From Squatina squatina (taxonomy: Eukaryota), in contig JARFOE010000100.1 in assembly GCA_031763465.1 (NCBI GenBank), forward strand, positions 11,769,794 to 11,806,161: a stretch of 36,368 nt of DNA, in the 5' to 3' direction. Shown here in pieces: positions 34,181-36,368 of this stretch; position 1 is the first letter of the stretch, and every line of letters starts with the position of its first letter. The position numbers and the translations under genes were made by a program. The notes beneath the pieces were generated by a model. It saw only the letters and a program-made list of their open reading frames with translations. It ran no database searches and was not told where the DNA came from.

Positions 34181-35536
34181 TTGACTCCTTTATATAGAAT
34201 TAAAAGCTTGCTTGAGATATGCAATACAGCAACCAATTGGCTGATTGCACAATGATGATTTATAAATATATTATGTTAAATCTTCCTCAGGGCTGTCATA
34301 AAAAAATAAAACCTTATTGTTTCTCAACTATGCAATTGCCCCGATGGTGCTTAATGTGTTGCAATGATGCAGTTATTAGCCTAGAAAGTAGAAAGTTGAT
34401 CAATGCAAAATGCATTTACTCGTATTGTGTATGTGATGTGTATCAGTGTACCATGTGATTATTATGGCTCCATGCAGATTTATTATCAGCCTTTATGCAG
34501 ATCTTCCTAACTGATAACAAGCTACTTATTGACATAAAATCATGATCGATGACTGTGCCAAAGGCAATTATCAATGAACAATACCCTTTTTGAAGCCAGA
34601 GTCCCAGTCAGAGTTTCAAAGTGCTGGCTGATTTTCAGACATGAAATTGTAGATTTTATTCTTAGACATAGCTGAACACAAAGGCCCCGCAGCAGTGAAC
34701 AGCGGAACATATGGCACCATAATCTTCTGCATTTGTACAATTTTTTATGTAAATACTGTACTTTGGCCAGCACTGGATGGCTATTACACAATGATGAGCA
34801 TTTTTCATTATCTCCCTGGATCACTATGACAGCCCCTGTTATCAAGAAGTGGCAGTCCATTCAATGATGTTAATGCTTCCTTAATGTAGAAATAAAACCA
34901 ATGTGCTTTGAAAAGGCAAACAGATTATAGGGACAAAAAGGGACCATTGAAAGTCAGTGACATTTGCACATTTGGTTGCTAGATGGTATGTTTGTACGCA
35001 GGGAGAGCCTCCTTAAACATTGCATGCCCATTAGTCATAACAGAGAATATGATATGATTTAAAGGTTTCATAAAATAAGAGGACAGCTAATAAAAATTGT
35101 GCTGATGAGCCAATACAGGCAAGTATTGTGATGCAACAGTAATGAGTGCAATGGTGTGACCGATTGGAAACATTGTGTAGGTGTGGCATCTAAGTTACTT
35201 ATTTTAATTCTGCCCAAACTTTAAACCCAGAACAATAGGTCTGAATGGCTACCCTTCTGGTAGCAACCTATATTTTTTATTTCCTAATGGTTCTATCTGG
35301 CATGAAACATTCAACCATTTTGATTAACATAACATTATACTTTCCACATCTCGGTATCTCTGGTATCGCTGATTATATCAGCTGAGAAAATAACAAAGAA
35401 AAGTATCTGCTAAGATTGAATTCATAAGTTGGTGGGCATGCAGTGTTCTCAATCCGGTTTACGCCAAAATCTTGCCCATGGCAACTTACGCCAACATTTC
35501 CTGAGAATCTCATTAACATACACCAAAATGTAAAAA

Positions 35537-35698
35537 GCTGGTGTGGCTCAGTGTCAGCTGTGGCTCAGTGGATAATACTCTTGCCTGAGTCAGAAGGTTG
35601 TGGGTTCAAGTCCCACTCCAGAGCTCAAGCATAAAAATCCAGGCTGACACAAGTGCAGTACTGAGGGAGTGCTGCACTGTCAGATGTGCCATCTTTCA
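35537..35698 (+). mobile_element. DeuSINE (SacSINE1-like) 5' head
   Basis: A box tgtggctcagtgg, B box ggttcaagtccc (35603-35614), then gtactgagggagtgctgcactgtcaga, which matches the start of the 12925 element. Runs into a gap. Confidence 0.85.
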
Positions 35699-36368
35699 NN
35701 NNNNNNNNNNNNNNNNNNNNNNNNNNNNNNNNNNNNNNNNNNNNNNNNNNNNNNNNNNNNNNNNNNNNNNNNNNNNNNNNNNNNNNNNNNNNNNNNNNAA
35801 TGGCGACTTTTACTTCAGACTCTCTGGAACATTGCCTCCAGATATAGGAAACAATATAATACCTGAATTAAGATAAACGCAATAGCATTTGCAAACAGTG
35901 GACAAAATGTTAAGTAATCAAATGCCACATGATTAATGTCACATGCTTACATTTCTGAGCGGCCTTCAGAGGTTTCTTTCAGGACCGTTCAAGACCAGGT
36001 AAGACTAGATGGAGCATATGTGGCGCAAACTCTGGCTATTGGTAACTGAAATTTGCATTTGGCATCCTACAAACAGCATCAGATCCTCTTTTGCACATTA
36101 TTTAAGGAGCTTGATGCCTGTTTCAAAGTTGCCCAAGCCAATATGGCGTCCGACGCACTTCTGGTCCAGATTGGGCATGACGGATGACAATGTGAAATAT
36201 GGACGCCAAACTAGTCAGGTCATAAGTTGAATTTTCCTCCCATAATTCTAACTCCCTGTCACTTGCACCACAGACCAGACTACACACAGCAGCAGTGACA
36301 TGTGTGGCACTCGGTTGTTTGGCAGTAGCAGTGTGCTTTGTGGTTTGTTTTTCTCTGGATTGTATCAT

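Noticed and set aside
35537-35620. tRNA-like A/B boxes (also at 28216)
   Set aside because: These are SINE heads that continue into SINE bodies, not tRNA genes.

Overview
Vertebrate genomic DNA from a gappy draft assembly (many 100-N and 10-N gaps plus several larger ones). The repeat families (DeuSINE/SacSINE1-like, CR1/HER-type LINE tails, L2, RTE, PIF/Harbinger, Penelope-type end) point to a cartilaginous fish, probably a shark. None of the listed ORFs is a complete gene. Two well-formed + strand coding exons (645-773 and 3299-3408) appear to belong to one uncharacterised protein-coding gene. No convincing next exon is visible, so the remaining ~33 kb looks like a very large intron with decayed transposons and AT-rich, motif-dense, enhancer-like blocks. 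Points worth following up: the identity of this gene (from memory, unverified, it resembles the poorly characterised gene in the BCL11A-FANCL desert); a GC-rich block at ~774-1700 with a G-rich minisatellite and a 67-bp repeat carrying GC-boxes and splice sites; an antisense solo-LTR-like element; and scattered fossils of all parts of a PIF/Harbinger system. I see no firm evidence of a wholly new biological system.
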